From Gammaproteobacteria bacterium (lineage in GTDB: Bacteria; Pseudomonadota; Gammaproteobacteria; Poriferisulfidales; GCA-002705445), in assembly GCA_018675635.1 (NCBI GenBank), contig JABGXU010000008.1, positions 195,588-259,587 of the forward strand: 64,000 nucleotides of DNA, read 5' to 3'. Position 1 is the stretch's first letter. Each line of letters begins with the position of its first letter. Both the position numbers and the translations under genes were made by a program. The notes beneath the pieces were generated by a model. It made no database searches. It was not told the origin of the DNA and saw nothing but the letters and a program-made list of their open reading frames with translations. Below are positions 1 through 10,273 of the stretch, in pieces.

Positions 1-314
1 ATGTAAAAAAAAGAACAAATTTATTAAAAAAAATTTTTTCGCAGATTAATAAAAACGGGATTATTATTGTTACAGAAAAAATATCTCTAGAAAAAGCTTC
101 AGATGACATGTTTTTTAAAAATTTTCATGATTTTTTTAAAGAAAATAATGGATATACAAAGGAAGAAATTGATAGAAAAAAAATAGCGCTTGCTGATACT
201 ATGGAAATAGAAAGTGAGGTAATGCACGAAAAGAGATTTAATTTGATTGGCTGTAATAATTTTTATAAATGGTTTCAATGTTATAATTTTGTATCATGGG
301 TGTTAATCAAATAA
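1..314 (+). CDS. cmoA: carboxy-S-adenosyl-L-methionine synthase CmoA, C-terminal fragment (5' end outside window)
   Basis: Frame 3 is open from the window edge (VKKRTNLLKKIFSQINKNGIIIVTEK...). It ends ...KWFQCYNFVSWVLIK, resembling the CmoA C-terminus (E. coli ...WFQCFNFGSLVALK). It lies directly upstream of cmoB. The 108..314 track ORF is only its tail. Confidence 0.8.
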   Translation, partial: VKKRTNLLKKIFSQINKNGIIIVTEKISLEKASDDMFFKNFHDFFKENNGYTKEEIDRKKIALADTMEIESEVMHEKRFNLIGCNNFYKWFQCYNFVSWVLIK

Positions 315-1285
315 ATATACTATCTTTTATAAAGAATAAAAAAATTTATTCAGATAATACTTTAGAAAAATATAATTATTTATTTGATATTTTTATTTCT
401 TCAGAAGCATTTAATAACCATGGTAATTTACCTAAATGGCTTGATATATTAGATTCTCTCCCTGATTTAAATACAGATTTTTTAGATGTTACTTCTGATT
501 CAATAGAAATTGGAAGGACTGATGAAATTAGTAATTCACAAAGAACGATTTTAAAAAAGAAGCTTTTAAAATTAAACCCGTGGCGAAAAGGACCATTTCA
601 TTTATTTGGGTTACATATTGATTCTGAATGGCGTTCAGAAAAAAAATGGAATCGAATCAAAAATTATTTGCCTAATTTAATGGGAAAGAGTATCGGTGAT
701 TTAGGTTGTAGTAATGGATATTACTCCTATAGATTATTAAATTTTAATCCCAAAATAATTATTGGGTTAGATAAAACACCTTTATTTATTATGCAATTTC
801 TAGCAACTAAACTTTATGCTAGGAATTTGCAAAATATAATAATTTTACCTACTACTGCTGAAGATTTTGTATATAAAAAATTTAATTTTGATTTATTATT
901 ATCAATGGGTATTTTATATCATTCAAAAAATTCTGCTACCCATATTGAAGCATTGAATAGCTTGTTAAAAAAAAATGGTACTTTATTTCTAGAAACAATT
1001 ATATCTTTAACAAAAGATAATTTAAATATTACAAAAGGCCAAACATACGCAGGAATGAAAAATATAGGAACAATTTATACTATAGATAATTTAAGAAAAT
1101 TAATGATTGAAAATGGTTTTAAAAATATTGAATGTATTGATGAAAGTTTTACAAATTCTAGCGAACAAAGGTCTACAGAGTGGATGACAGGCAAAAGTTT
1201 TAAAGATTTTATATTGCCAAATGGAAAGACAATAGAAGGTTTTTTGCCAGTGTGTCGTGCTATATTTATAGCTCAAAAAAAATGA
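296..1285 (+). CDS. cmoB: tRNA U34 carboxymethyltransferase CmoB
   Basis: 329 aa. NPWRKGPFHLFG..IDSEWRSEKKW and the DLGCSNGYY SAM-binding motif match CmoB. Overlaps the cmoA end. Confidence 0.9.
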   Translation: MGVNQINILSFIKNKKIYSDNTLEKYNYLFDIFISSEAFNNHGNLPKWLDILDSLPDLNTDFLDVTSDSIEIGRTDEISNSQRTILKKKLLKLNPWRKGPFHLFGLHIDSEWRSEKKWNRIKNYLPNLMGKSIGDLGCSNGYYSYRLLNFNPKIIIGLDKTPLFIMQFLATKLYARNLQNIIILPTTAEDFVYKKFNFDLLLSMGILYHSKNSATHIEALNSLLKKNGTLFLETIISLTKDNLNITKGQTYAGMKNIGTIYTIDNLRKLMIENGFKNIECIDESFTNSSEQRSTEWMTGKSFKDFILPNGKTIEGFLPVCRAIFIAQKK

Positions 1286-1325
1286 TTATGTTAGAATTTC
1301 ATAATTATTAAATACAGGATTAAAC

Positions 1326-2492
1326 ATGAATGGAAAAGTTTTTACTTCTGAGTCAGTTTCGGAGGGACACCCAGATAAGTTATGCGATCAGGTTTCTGAT
1401 GCAATATTGGATGCAGCTCTAAAAGAAGATAAGAAAGCAAGAGTTGCTTGTGAAACACTAGTTAAATCAGAGAAAGATTCTCTTGGTGTGGTTGTTCTTG
1501 GTGGTGAAATTACAACTTCCGCAAATATTAATTACGAAGAAATTGTAAGAAAAACAATAGATGAAATTGGTTATAATTCGAAAGAATTAGGTTTTGATTC
1601 TAAAACGGTTGAATTTATAAATAAAATTGGCTTGCAATCAACAGATATAGCGCAAGGTGTTGATAGAAACAATGATGAAGATCAAGGCGCAGGTGATCAA
1701 GGTTTAATGTTTGGATATGCTAACAATGAAACAGATGTTCTTATGCCTGCACCTATAACTTATTCACATAGATTAGTTCATAAACTAGCTACATTGAGAA
1801 AGAATAAAGATGTTAATTGGTTAAGACCAGACGCTAAAAGCCAAGTAACTTTTAAGTATGATTCTAATAAAATACATTCTATTGATACGATAGTTATTTC
1901 AACACAACATTCCCCAGAAGTTAATCAAAAAGATATTAAAGATTATGTATATGAGCAAGTTATAAAAAAAGTATTACCTTCAAAATATCTTAATAAAGAA
2001 ACAATAATTCATGTAAACCCAACAGGATCATTTGAAATTGGTGGGCCAGTAGGAGATTGTGGTCTTACTGGTAGGAAAATAATAGTTGATACATACGGGG
2101 GGATGGCTCGACATGGTGGCGGAGCTTTTTCAGGCAAAGATCCTTCAAAAGTTGATAGATCGGCAGCTTATGCTGCTAGATATGTAGCTAAGAATATTGT
2201 TGCGGCAGGATTAGCGGAAAAATGTGAAATCCAAGTGTCTTATGCGATTGGGGTTGCAAAACCTACTTCGATAAGTGTAGATACATTTGGTACTTCAAAA
2301 GTTGATGAATCTAAAATTGTACAAATTATTAATGAGGTTTTTGACTTGCGTCCATGGGGTATAATTAATATGCTAGATTTATTAAAACCTATCTATAGAG
2401 ATACTGCTTCATATGGGCATTTTGGTAGAAGTGATCTCGAACTTTCTTGGGAAAAGATTGATCAAGTAGAAAGAATAAAAAGTTTAATTTAA
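1326..2492 (+). CDS. metK: S-adenosylmethionine synthetase
   Basis: 388 aa. Carries the [22 protein letters not shown] and [19 protein letters not shown] signatures. Confidence 0.97.
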   Translation: MNGKVFTSESVSEGHPDKLCDQVSDAILDAALKEDKKARVACETLVKSEKDSLGVVVLGGEITTSANINYEEIVRKTIDEIGYNSKELGFDSKTVEFINKIGLQSTDIAQGVDRNNDEDQGAGDQGLMFGYANNETDVLMPAPITYSHRLVHKLATLRKNKDVNWLRPDAKSQVTFKYDSNKIHSIDTIVISTQHSPEVNQKDIKDYVYEQVIKKVLPSKYLNKETIIHVNPTGSFEIGGPVGDCGLTGRKIIVDTYGGMARHGGGAFSGKDPSKVDRSAAYAARYVAKNIVAAGLAEKCEIQVSYAIGVAKPTSISVDTFGTSKVDESKIVQIINEVFDLRPWGIINMLDLLKPIYRDTASYGHFGRSDLELSWEKIDQVERIKSLI

Positions 2493-2503
2493 TGGAGTAG
2501 AAA

Positions 2504-3814
2504 ATGAGCGAAGTAGTAGAAAAAATAGGACCAGATTATAAAGTAGCAGATATCTCTTTAGCTGATTGGGGTCATAAAGAAATGAGTATAGCTGAAACTG
2601 AAATGCCTGGTTTAATGGCTCTTAGAGAAAAACATGGTAAGGCTAAACCATTAAGTGGAGCAAAAATAGTAGGTTGTCTTCATATGACAATACAAACCGC
2701 AGTTCTTATAGAAACTTTAGTGGAACTTGGAGCAAGTGTTAGATGGTCATCATGCAATATATATTCAACACAAGATCATGCCGCCGCCGCAATTGCAGAA
2801 AAAGGAATACCTGTATTTGCATGGAAAGGAGAGACTGAGGAGGAGTATTTGTGGTGTATAGACCAAACAATTATAGGCAATCAATCATGGAAGCCTAATA
2901 TGATTTTAGATGACGGTGGTGATTTAACTTCAATAATGCATGAGAAATATCCTGAATTATTGTCCGAAGTTAAAGGCTTATCTGAAGAAACAACAACGGG
3001 TGTTCATCGCCTACATGAAATGGTAAAAAAAGATGCACTTAAAGTGCCGGCATTTAATGTAAATGACTCTGTTACAAAATCAAAATTTGATAATTTATAC
3101 GGATGCAGAGAATCTTTAGTTGACGGCATAAAAAGAGCTACTGATGTAATGATATCCGGGAAAACTGCATTAGTTTGTGGTTTTGGTGATGTTGGCAAAG
3201 GATCTGCTCAATCATTAAGAAATGCTGGAGCAATTGTATGGGTTACAGAAATTGATCCAATTTGTGCTCTTCAAGCTGCTATGGAAGGTTTTAAGGTTGT
3301 TACTATAGAATCTGTTGCATCAGAAGTTGACATTTTTGTAACAGCAACAGGAAATGCGTCTATTATTTCGTATACTCATATGAATAAAATGAAAGACCAG
3401 GCTATAGTTTGTAATATTGGCCATTTTGATAATGAAATAGATGTTGAATCAATAAAAGATTGTAAGTGGGATAATATAAAACCACAAGTTGATCATATTG
3501 AGTTTCCAGATGGCAAAAAGATTATATTGTTGGCAGAAGGAAGATTAATAAATTTAGGATGTGCAACTGGGCATCCAAGTTACGTTATGTCTGCTTCATT
3601 CACAAATCAAGTTTTAGCTCAAATAGAATTATGGGAAAACGCAAAAAAATATAAAAATGAAGTATATGTTTTACCTAAACTATTAGATGAAGAAGTTGCT
3701 AGATTACATCTTGATAAAGTTGGGGCAAAATTAACTAAACTTACAAAAGATCAAGCAGAATATATAAGTGTAGACCAAGATGGCCCTTATAAGAATGATA
3801 CATATAGATATTAA
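2504..3814 (+). CDS. ahcY: adenosylhomocysteinase
   Basis: 436 aa. Has [14 protein letters not shown], the [11 protein letters not shown] site and a C-terminal ..[11 protein letters not shown]. Starts 11 nt after metK. Confidence 0.96.
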   Translation: MSEVVEKIGPDYKVADISLADWGHKEMSIAETEMPGLMALREKHGKAKPLSGAKIVGCLHMTIQTAVLIETLVELGASVRWSSCNIYSTQDHAAAAIAEKGIPVFAWKGETEEEYLWCIDQTIIGNQSWKPNMILDDGGDLTSIMHEKYPELLSEVKGLSEETTTGVHRLHEMVKKDALKVPAFNVNDSVTKSKFDNLYGCRESLVDGIKRATDVMISGKTALVCGFGDVGKGSAQSLRNAGAIVWVTEIDPICALQAAMEGFKVVTIESVASEVDIFVTATGNASIISYTHMNKMKDQAIVCNIGHFDNEIDVESIKDCKWDNIKPQVDHIEFPDGKKIILLAEGRLINLGCATGHPSYVMSASFTNQVLAQIELWENAKKYKNEVYVLPKLLDEEVARLHLDKVGAKLTKLTKDQAEYISVDQDGPYKNDTYRY

Positions 3815-3821
3815 TTAAGTA

Positions 3822-4559
3822 GTGCGTTTAATAAGATTATATGTTGAAGAATCATTAAATGTTAATACTTCAGTTTTTTTAAAAAAAAATTCTTACCATT
3901 ATTTAGTTAAAGTACTTAGGATAAAAGAAAACCAAAAGATTGTTTTATTTGATAATTCTGGATATGAATATTTTGGTTATGTAAAAAATATTAACAATAA
4001 ATATTTTGAAATTTTTATAGAGAAAAAAAATTACATAGAGAGAAATTTTTCAAAGGTAGAAATCGCTTTTAGTATTTGTAAAAACCCGTGCTCTGATCTT
4101 ATTATACAGAAACTTACAGAGCTTGGAATTGATTCAATACAGCCAATAATTTCAAAAAATTCAATCTTTAATCAAAAAAAATTAGATGTAGAAAAAAAAA
4201 ATTCTCATTGGAAAAATATATCTATTAGTGCTTCTGAGCAATCTGAAAGATCATATTTACCTATTATAAAAAAAATAATTTCTTTCCAGGATTATTTAGA
4301 AAATAATTCGTCTGATCAAAAAATCATTTTAGATACTAGAGTAAACGCAATGTTATCAGAAGTATTTAATAGAAAATTTAAATCATGTTCTTTGTTGGTT
4401 GGGCCAGAAGGTGATTTCACTTCTGAAGAATATGAATATGCTAAAGAACTGAATTTTTCATCAGCAAGTTTAGGTGGTAATATCTTGAGAGTTGAAACAG
4501 CAGTTATTGCGGCCTTTTCATATATTAATATACTTACTAATAGTGATAAATATGAATAA
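3822..4559 (+). CDS. rsmE: 16S rRNA (uracil1498-N3)-methyltransferase RsmE
   Basis: 245 aa with a GTG start. MRLIRLYV N-terminus and a GPEGDFT...LGGNILRVETA SPOUT C-terminus. Confidence 0.85.
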   Translation: MRLIRLYVEESLNVNTSVFLKKNSYHYLVKVLRIKENQKIVLFDNSGYEYFGYVKNINNKYFEIFIEKKNYIERNFSKVEIAFSICKNPCSDLIIQKLTELGIDSIQPIISKNSIFNQKKLDVEKKNSHWKNISISASEQSERSYLPIIKKIISFQDYLENNSSDQKIILDTRVNAMLSEVFNRKFKSCSLLVGPEGDFTSEEYEYAKELNFSSASLGGNILRVETAVIAAFSYINILTNSDKYE

Positions 4560-5487
4560 AAAAGTACTTGTTATAATGGATCCAATTGAATCTATAAATG
4601 TACAGAGAGATACAACTTATTTATTAATGCTAGCAGCGCAAGAGATAGGTTATGAATTATTTTATTTAATGCCAGGTTCTTTATCTGTAAATTTTCTAAA
4701 ACCTGTTGGTAGAATTGCAAAAATTAAAATATTTCATAATAAAGAACCTTTTTATGATATTTCTGAAATAAAAGATACAGAGTTAGGTTTTTTTGATTGT
4801 GTGTTGATGAGAACTGATCCACCTATAAATAGCACCTATATTTACATGACATATATTTTAGACATGTTAGATGAAAAAAATATTAAAGTGATAAATTCTG
4901 GCTCTTCATTAAGAAATTATAATGAGAAACTTATTACGCTTAATTTCCCTAAATATATACCAGATACAATATTAACTTCTGACAAGAGGCAAATTGAAAA
5001 TTTTAAAATAAAACATCAAAGAATTATTTTAAAACAATTAAATCTTATGGGTGGTAGATCAATATATTTTTTAGATAAAGATGATAAAAATTTAAATGTA
5101 ATATTTGAGGACATGACTGATTTTGGCAAAAATTATATTTTAGCTCAAGAATATATATCAGAAGCTAAAACTGGAGATAAAAGAATAATTATTGTAAATG
5201 GCGAAGTTATTAAAGAAGCCGTAATTCGTGTACCAAATGATAAAGATCATCGTGCTAGCGCAGCTGCTGGAGGATCTATAGAAAAGTATTATTTAAAAAA
5301 AGAAGAAATTGAAATATGCCAAGATGTTGCAGATTTTTTATATGAAAAAAATATTCTTTTTGCAGGAATCGATATGATAGGAAATAAAATTACTGAAATT
5401 AATATAACCTCTCCGACTTGTGTAGCAGAAATTAATCAATTTCATAATATTGATCTTGGTAAAAAGTTTTGGGAATGTATTAAATGA
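4552..5487 (+). CDS. gshB: glutathione synthetase
   Basis: The track ORF opens at 4492, but GshB-like sequence begins at MNKKVLVIMDPIESI (ATG 4552). C-terminal half is ATP-grasp. Conserved position before ruvX. Confidence 0.85.
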   Translation: MNKKVLVIMDPIESINVQRDTTYLLMLAAQEIGYELFYLMPGSLSVNFLKPVGRIAKIKIFHNKEPFYDISEIKDTELGFFDCVLMRTDPPINSTYIYMTYILDMLDEKNIKVINSGSSLRNYNEKLITLNFPKYIPDTILTSDKRQIENFKIKHQRIILKQLNLMGGRSIYFLDKDDKNLNVIFEDMTDFGKNYILAQEYISEAKTGDKRIIIVNGEVIKEAVIRVPNDKDHRASAAAGGSIEKYYLKKEEIEICQDVADFLYEKNILFAGIDMIGNKITEINITSPTCVAEINQFHNIDLGKKFWECIK

Positions 5488-5942
5488 AAATAATTAAGGT
5501 TCTTGCAATTGACTATGGCGAAAAGAGAGTCGGGCTTGCTATAGGTGATTCAGAAAATAAGATTGCTATGCCATTAAAAACTATAAAAAATAATGGATAT
5601 GAAAATACTTGTAAAGAAATAGTTGATTTAGTAAAAGAGTGGGAAGTGAACAGAATTGTAATAGGACTGCCTGAAATTCACCCTGATCAAAAAATTAATA
5701 AGAAAATATCCCATTTTAGTAAAATTCTTAAAAAGAATGCGAATGTTAATATTATTTTTTATAATGAGGATTATTCTTCTAATTATGCTCAAACGGAGTT
5801 AACCAGCCAAATGAAAGTGGGTAGAAAAAAAAGTATTAATAAGGAAGAAATAGATAGAATTGCAGCCGCAATAATATTACAATCTTATTTTGAAAATGAA
5901 ATATTCAAAAACGCAGACACAAGATCTACTTCTAAAGATTGA
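5484..5942 (+). CDS. ruvX: Holliday junction resolvase-like / pre-16S rRNA nuclease YqgF
   Basis: 152 aa. LAIDYGEKRVGLAIGD N-terminal RNase H-fold motif. ATGA overlap with gshB. Confidence 0.85.
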   Translation: MKIIKVLAIDYGEKRVGLAIGDSENKIAMPLKTIKNNGYENTCKEIVDLVKEWEVNRIVIGLPEIHPDQKINKKISHFSKILKKNANVNIIFYNEDYSSNYAQTELTSQMKVGRKKSINKEEIDRIAAAIILQSYFENEIFKNADTRSTSKD

Positions 5943-6405
5943 GAATTCTCTAAGGGATTATCTTTTAAATAACAATATCAAAAATCCAATTATAATAGGT
6001 GTGCATACTGGCGGCGCATGGATTGCTGATTGGTTGCAAAAATCTCTTGGTTTTGAAGGAAAAGCTGCTTCTTTAAATATAAGTTTTTATAGAGATGATT
6101 TTAGTAAAGTTGGAGTAAATCCAAGGGTTGATCCTACAGCAATGCCTGTTTCAGTAGATGATAAGCATGTTATTTTAGTTGATGATGTTCTATTTACTGG
6201 CAGAACAACAAGAGCAGCTATAAACGAAATATTTGATTTTGGAAGGCCGCTTTCAGTTACTTTAGTTGTGCTTGTAGAAAGGAATGGAAAAGAATTACCA
6301 ATTTCAGCAGATATTGTCGGTGAGAAATTAGAATTAGATAATAATAAAAATATTAAATTATTAGGTCCTGATCCAATGATTTTAGAAATTATTGATAAGG
6401 GATAA
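5890..6405 (+). CDS. pyrR: bifunctional pyrimidine operon regulator / uracil phosphoribosyltransferase PyrR
   Basis: 171 aa. PRTase motif VILVDDVLFTGRTTRAA. Immediately upstream of pyrB. The exact start is uncertain because it overlaps the ruvX tail. Confidence 0.88.
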   Translation: MKMKYSKTQTQDLLLKIENSLRDYLLNNNIKNPIIIGVHTGGAWIADWLQKSLGFEGKAASLNISFYRDDFSKVGVNPRVDPTAMPVSVDDKHVILVDDVLFTGRTTRAAINEIFDFGRPLSVTLVVLVERNGKELPISADIVGEKLELDNNKNIKLLGPDPMILEIIDKG

Positions 6406-6422
6406 TATAAGAGGTAAATATT

Positions 6423-7409
6423 GTGAATGAAAAAGATGATATGGGCATAAAAAATAAAGAATTAAACCAACAAAATATCGTATCTCAGCAGCATCTCCGT
6501 CATTTTTTAGATATTGAGTATTTACCAAAATCATTGATTTTAGATATATTAGATTTAGCAGAATCATTTGCTGGAGTTTCTGGCCAACCAGTAAAAAAAG
6601 TTCCTCTATTGAGAGGAAAAACAATAGTTAACTTATTTTTTGAATCAAGCACAAGAACAAGAACAACTTTTGAATTAGCAGCAAAAAGACTTTCGGCAGA
6701 TATTTTAAATATAAATTTAGATTATAGTGCAACAAAAAAAGGTGAAACTTTATTAGATACCTTAAGAAATCTTCAAGCTATGCATTGTGATATGTTTATA
6801 GTTAGACACCCATCATCAGGGGCGGCAGAATTTATTTCAAAAAATGTATTACAAAATATTAGCGTTATAAATGCTGGAGATGGTAGACATGCTCATCCAA
6901 CGCAAGCAATGCTTGATATTTTTACAATCAGAAAGTATTTTTCAGATTTTACAAAAATTAAAGTTGCTATTGTAGGAGATATATTACACTCAAGAGTTGC
7001 TAGATCTTTAATGCATGCTTTAAGGATTCTTGAAGTGCCCGATGTAAGAGTTATTGCTCCCAAGACTTTATTACCAATTGGAATTGAAGATATGGGTGCA
7101 ACTTCTTATGTAAATATGGATGAAGGAATAAAAAATTGTAATGTAGTAATAATGCTGAGACTGCAAAATGAGAGGATGAATTCAAGCTTTATACCTAATG
7201 AGCACGAATATTATAATCTTTATGGGTTTACCCCAAGAAGATTAGATCTTTTGGCTAAAAATGGAATTGTAATGCATCCAGGACCTGTAAATAGGGGGGT
7301 AGAGATAAGTTCAGAAGTTGCAGATGGAGATAGATCTGTGATTCTACAACAGGTGTCAAATGGTATTGCAGTAAGAATGGCAATTTTATCTTTATCAATG
7401 CAGCCATAG
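6423..7409 (+). CDS. pyrB: aspartate carbamoyltransferase catalytic subunit
   Basis: 328 aa. [19 protein letters not shown] and HPGPVNRG motifs. Start is GTG 6423 or ATG 6441. Confidence 0.95.
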   Translation: MNEKDDMGIKNKELNQQNIVSQQHLRHFLDIEYLPKSLILDILDLAESFAGVSGQPVKKVPLLRGKTIVNLFFESSTRTRTTFELAAKRLSADILNINLDYSATKKGETLLDTLRNLQAMHCDMFIVRHPSSGAAEFISKNVLQNISVINAGDGRHAHPTQAMLDIFTIRKYFSDFTKIKVAIVGDILHSRVARSLMHALRILEVPDVRVIAPKTLLPIGIEDMGATSYVNMDEGIKNCNVVIMLRLQNERMNSSFIPNEHEYYNLYGFTPRRLDLLAKNGIVMHPGPVNRGVEISSEVADGDRSVILQQVSNGIAVRMAILSLSMQP

Positions 7410-7419
7410 CGGAGAAATA

Positions 7420-8697
7420 ATGAATGATATAATAATAAAATCAGGAATTCTTGTGAACCCAGGTGGAGAGATGTCTGGGGAACATGATATCTATATTAAA
7501 AATGGATATGTAGTTGGTATAGATGAAGATAATACTAAATTAAATTCTCCCATAATAATAGATGCTCAAGACTGTATCGTTTGCCCAGGTTTAATTGATC
7601 TTTCGGTTAGATTTAGAGAGCCAGGTTTAGAAAAAGAAGCTACAATAATTAGCGAATCTCATGCAGCTGTATCTTCAGGAGTTACAACAGTTTGCTATAT
7701 GCCAGATACTCAACCAGTTATAGATACACCTGCCCAAATTAAACTAGTGGAAGAAATTTTTAGTAGTGTTGGTTTATGTAATGTTAAGGTTTTAGCTGCA
7801 CTTACTAAAGGCCTTGATGGAGAAAGGCTTAGTCCTATGATGGAACTTAAAGAGGCTGGTGCTGTAGGATTAACTAACTGCCTTAACCCAATAAAGGATT
7901 CTTTAGTTTTGAGAAGAGCTATGGAATATGCGTCTGGTCAAGATATAACAGTATTTTATCAACCTCAAAACAATTATTTGGCTAACAATGGTTGTGTTCA
8001 TGAAGGTAAGATTGCAACAAAATTAGGATTGCCTGGAATTCCTTCTGCCGCTGAATCAGCTGCAGTCGCAGAAGCAATCTTATTAATGAAATTAACAGGA
8101 GTTAAGTTACATTTATGTAGAATATCTTGCCTTGAGTCTTTAATGATTATAAGGAATGCTCAAGCAGAAGGAATTCGTGTAACTGCAGATGTTGCGATAC
8201 ATCAATTATTTTTCGATGAAAATTCGATTAATAATTTTAATAGTGATTTTCATGTTATGCCGCCATTTAGAGCTAATGAAGATATGGTTGCTTTACAAAA
8301 ATCAATATCAGAAAATACGTTGACAGCAATTTGTTCTGATCATCAGCCCCATAATAAAGATGCCAAGCAGGCTCCGTTTTATAATACGCAGCCCGGAATT
8401 TCATCTATAGAATTATTACTTCCATTATTAATGGAACTAGTAAATTTAAATTTTCTAGATTTAAATACAGCAATTTCAAAAGTGACAATAAATCCTGCTA
8501 AAATTTTAGGTATAGAAGCTGGAATTATTCAAAAAGACTCTCAAGCTGATTTATGTATATTAAAAAAAGAAGAATGGCAATTAGAAGGAGATAAAATAAT
8601 AAGTTCTGGAAAAAATAACCCATATATTGGGAAAAAATTTAATATGGTTGTAGCTAAAACAATTTTTAAGGGGCAGATTGTTTATGAAAATAATTAA
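7420..8697 (+). CDS. dihydroorotase-like protein, probably non-catalytic PyrC' type
   Basis: 425-aa amidohydrolase-fold DHOase homologue directly after pyrB. The metal-binding HxH of active enzymes is replaced (PGLIDLSVRFREPG). Confidence 0.8.
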   Translation: MNDIIIKSGILVNPGGEMSGEHDIYIKNGYVVGIDEDNTKLNSPIIIDAQDCIVCPGLIDLSVRFREPGLEKEATIISESHAAVSSGVTTVCYMPDTQPVIDTPAQIKLVEEIFSSVGLCNVKVLAALTKGLDGERLSPMMELKEAGAVGLTNCLNPIKDSLVLRRAMEYASGQDITVFYQPQNNYLANNGCVHEGKIATKLGLPGIPSAAESAAVAEAILLMKLTGVKLHLCRISCLESLMIIRNAQAEGIRVTADVAIHQLFFDENSINNFNSDFHVMPPFRANEDMVALQKSISENTLTAICSDHQPHNKDAKQAPFYNTQPGISSIELLLPLLMELVNLNFLDLNTAISKVTINPAKILGIEAGIIQKDSQADLCILKKEEWQLEGDKIISSGKNNPYIGKKFNMVVAKTIFKGQIVYENN

Positions 8698-8727
8698 ACT
8701 TAACCAATTTTAATTAGGGAAGTAATT

Positions 8728-9594
8728 TTGAAAGATTCATCAATATATATAGAAAATGCTAAAGTTTTAAATCATCAGCATATGGAAGGTGGTCAGCATA
8801 TAATTAGGTTAGAAAGTGAAAAATGCTCACAGTATGCAAAACCCGGAATGTTTATTCATTTAAAATGTGATGAGAATACTTTAATGCGAAGACCTTTTTC
8901 AGTTATGAGAGCATCAAAAGAAGAAAAATGGATTGAAATTTTGTATAAAACTTTTGGGCATGGCACTAATTCACTTAAATTAGTTGAAGTTGGTGACACA
9001 TTGAATTATATGGGACCTATTGGCAATGGGTTTTCATTAAGTAAAAAAAAAACTATTCCACTTTTAATTGGTGGTGGTGTAGGAATACCTCCGTTAATAT
9101 TTCTTGCTAGCGAAATAAAAGAATTTTGTAATTTTAAACCAATAATATTTTTTGGGTCAGAAGTAACTTTTCCTTTTAAATATTTTCCATCAAAATATAT
9201 GATAAAAGATTTTTTGCCTGAGGTAACAGCTTCTCCAGATTTTATAGAGGCAATGGGATTTGTATCAAGATTAGCTTCGCAACAAGATTACCCTGGCTGT
9301 TATAAAGGCTTTATTCATGAGCTTGCTGAACATTGGATTAAAACTTTAAATACAGATCAATTAGATAAAGTTTGTATATATTCATGTGGACCAACTCCAA
9401 TGTTAGAGGCTGTATCATTAGTAGCTCGAAAATATAAAATTGATTGTCAAATATGTATAGAAGAGCATATGGCTTGTGCAGTTGGCGGTTGTGCAGGTTG
9501 CATTGTTAAAATTAAGGATAATAATAAGATTGTTTCAAAAAGAGTTTGCGTAGATGGCCCAGTATTTAAATCAAGTACAATTTATTATGAATGA
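8728..9594 (+). CDS. PyrK-like ferredoxin-NAD(P)+ reductase-family flavoprotein with C-terminal 2Fe-2S Cys cluster
   Basis: 288 aa with a TTG start after AGGGAAG. RRPFSV FAD motif, GGGVGIPP nucleotide-binding loop and a C-terminal CAVGGCAGC...C cluster as in the dihydroorotate dehydrogenase electron-transfer subunit. Confidence 0.6.
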   Translation: MKDSSIYIENAKVLNHQHMEGGQHIIRLESEKCSQYAKPGMFIHLKCDENTLMRRPFSVMRASKEEKWIEILYKTFGHGTNSLKLVEVGDTLNYMGPIGNGFSLSKKKTIPLLIGGGVGIPPLIFLASEIKEFCNFKPIIFFGSEVTFPFKYFPSKYMIKDFLPEVTASPDFIEAMGFVSRLASQQDYPGCYKGFIHELAEHWIKTLNTDQLDKVCIYSCGPTPMLEAVSLVARKYKIDCQICIEEHMACAVGGCAGCIVKIKDNNKIVSKRVCVDGPVFKSSTIYYE

Positions 9595-10273
9595 GATTGA
9601 AAATAATATTTTAAATATTAAAAAAAATATTATTAAAGCTGAATTAAATTCAAGTAGAAAAGAAAATAGTGTTATTTTAATGGCTGTTAGTAAAACACAA
9701 TCCGTAGAAAAAATTAAGCATGCCTATAATGCTGGGCAAAAGGACTTTGGTGAAAATTATTTACAAGAAGCTGTAAAAAAAATTTTAGAATTAAAAAATT
9801 TTGATATTATTTGGCACTATATTGGTAAAATTCAGGGTAATAAAGCAAAATTAATTGCGGATAATTTTGATTGGGTTCATAGCGCTGACAAAATTTCAAC
9901 TCTTATAAAAATTGATAATTATAGAAATAAGTTAGAAAAAAATCTTAATGTTTGCATACAGGTAAATATTGATAATGAAGAATCTAAATCTGGCATTGAA
10001 ATTAAAAATATTGAAGAGTTTTTAGAATCTACACATAACCTTCAAAATATTAATATTAGGGGATTAATGGCTATACCTCAATATCAAGAAAGTTTTGAAG
10101 ATCAATTTAATACATTTAAAAGGCTTCAGGATTTATTTAATAACCTTGTAAAAAAAGGATATAAATTAGATACTCTATCAATTGGAATGAGTTCAGATTA
10201 TCATGCAGCTATAGAAGCAGGATCTACAATTATAAGAATTGGTACAGCAATATTTGGTGAAAGAATAAAATGA
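9587..10273 (+). CDS. yggS: PLP homeostasis protein YggS
   Basis: Homology begins at MNEIENN (ATG 9587; the track ORF opens at 9554). LMAVSKTQ PLP-lysine motif. Conserved yggS-proC-yggT order. Confidence 0.85.
   Translation: MNEIENNILNIKKNIIKAELNSSRKENSVILMAVSKTQSVEKIKHAYNAGQKDFGENYLQEAVKKILELKNFDIIWHYIGKIQGNKAKLIADNFDWVHSADKISTLIKIDNYRNKLEKNLNVCIQVNIDNEESKSGIEIKNIEEFLESTHNLQNINIRGLMAIPQYQESFEDQFNTFKRLQDLFNNLVKKGYKLDTLSIGMSSDYHAAIEAGSTIIRIGTAIFGERIK

Noticed and set aside
108-314. Track ORF of 68 aa that could be read as an independent small gene
   Set aside because: The frame is open back to the window edge, and the sequence matches the C-terminus of CmoA. It is the tail of a truncated cmoA, not a separate gene.
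3004-3198. 64-aa ORF antisense to ahcY
   Set aside because: It lies entirely inside a strongly conserved gene on the other strand and has no recognisable motifs. It is a typical shadow ORF.
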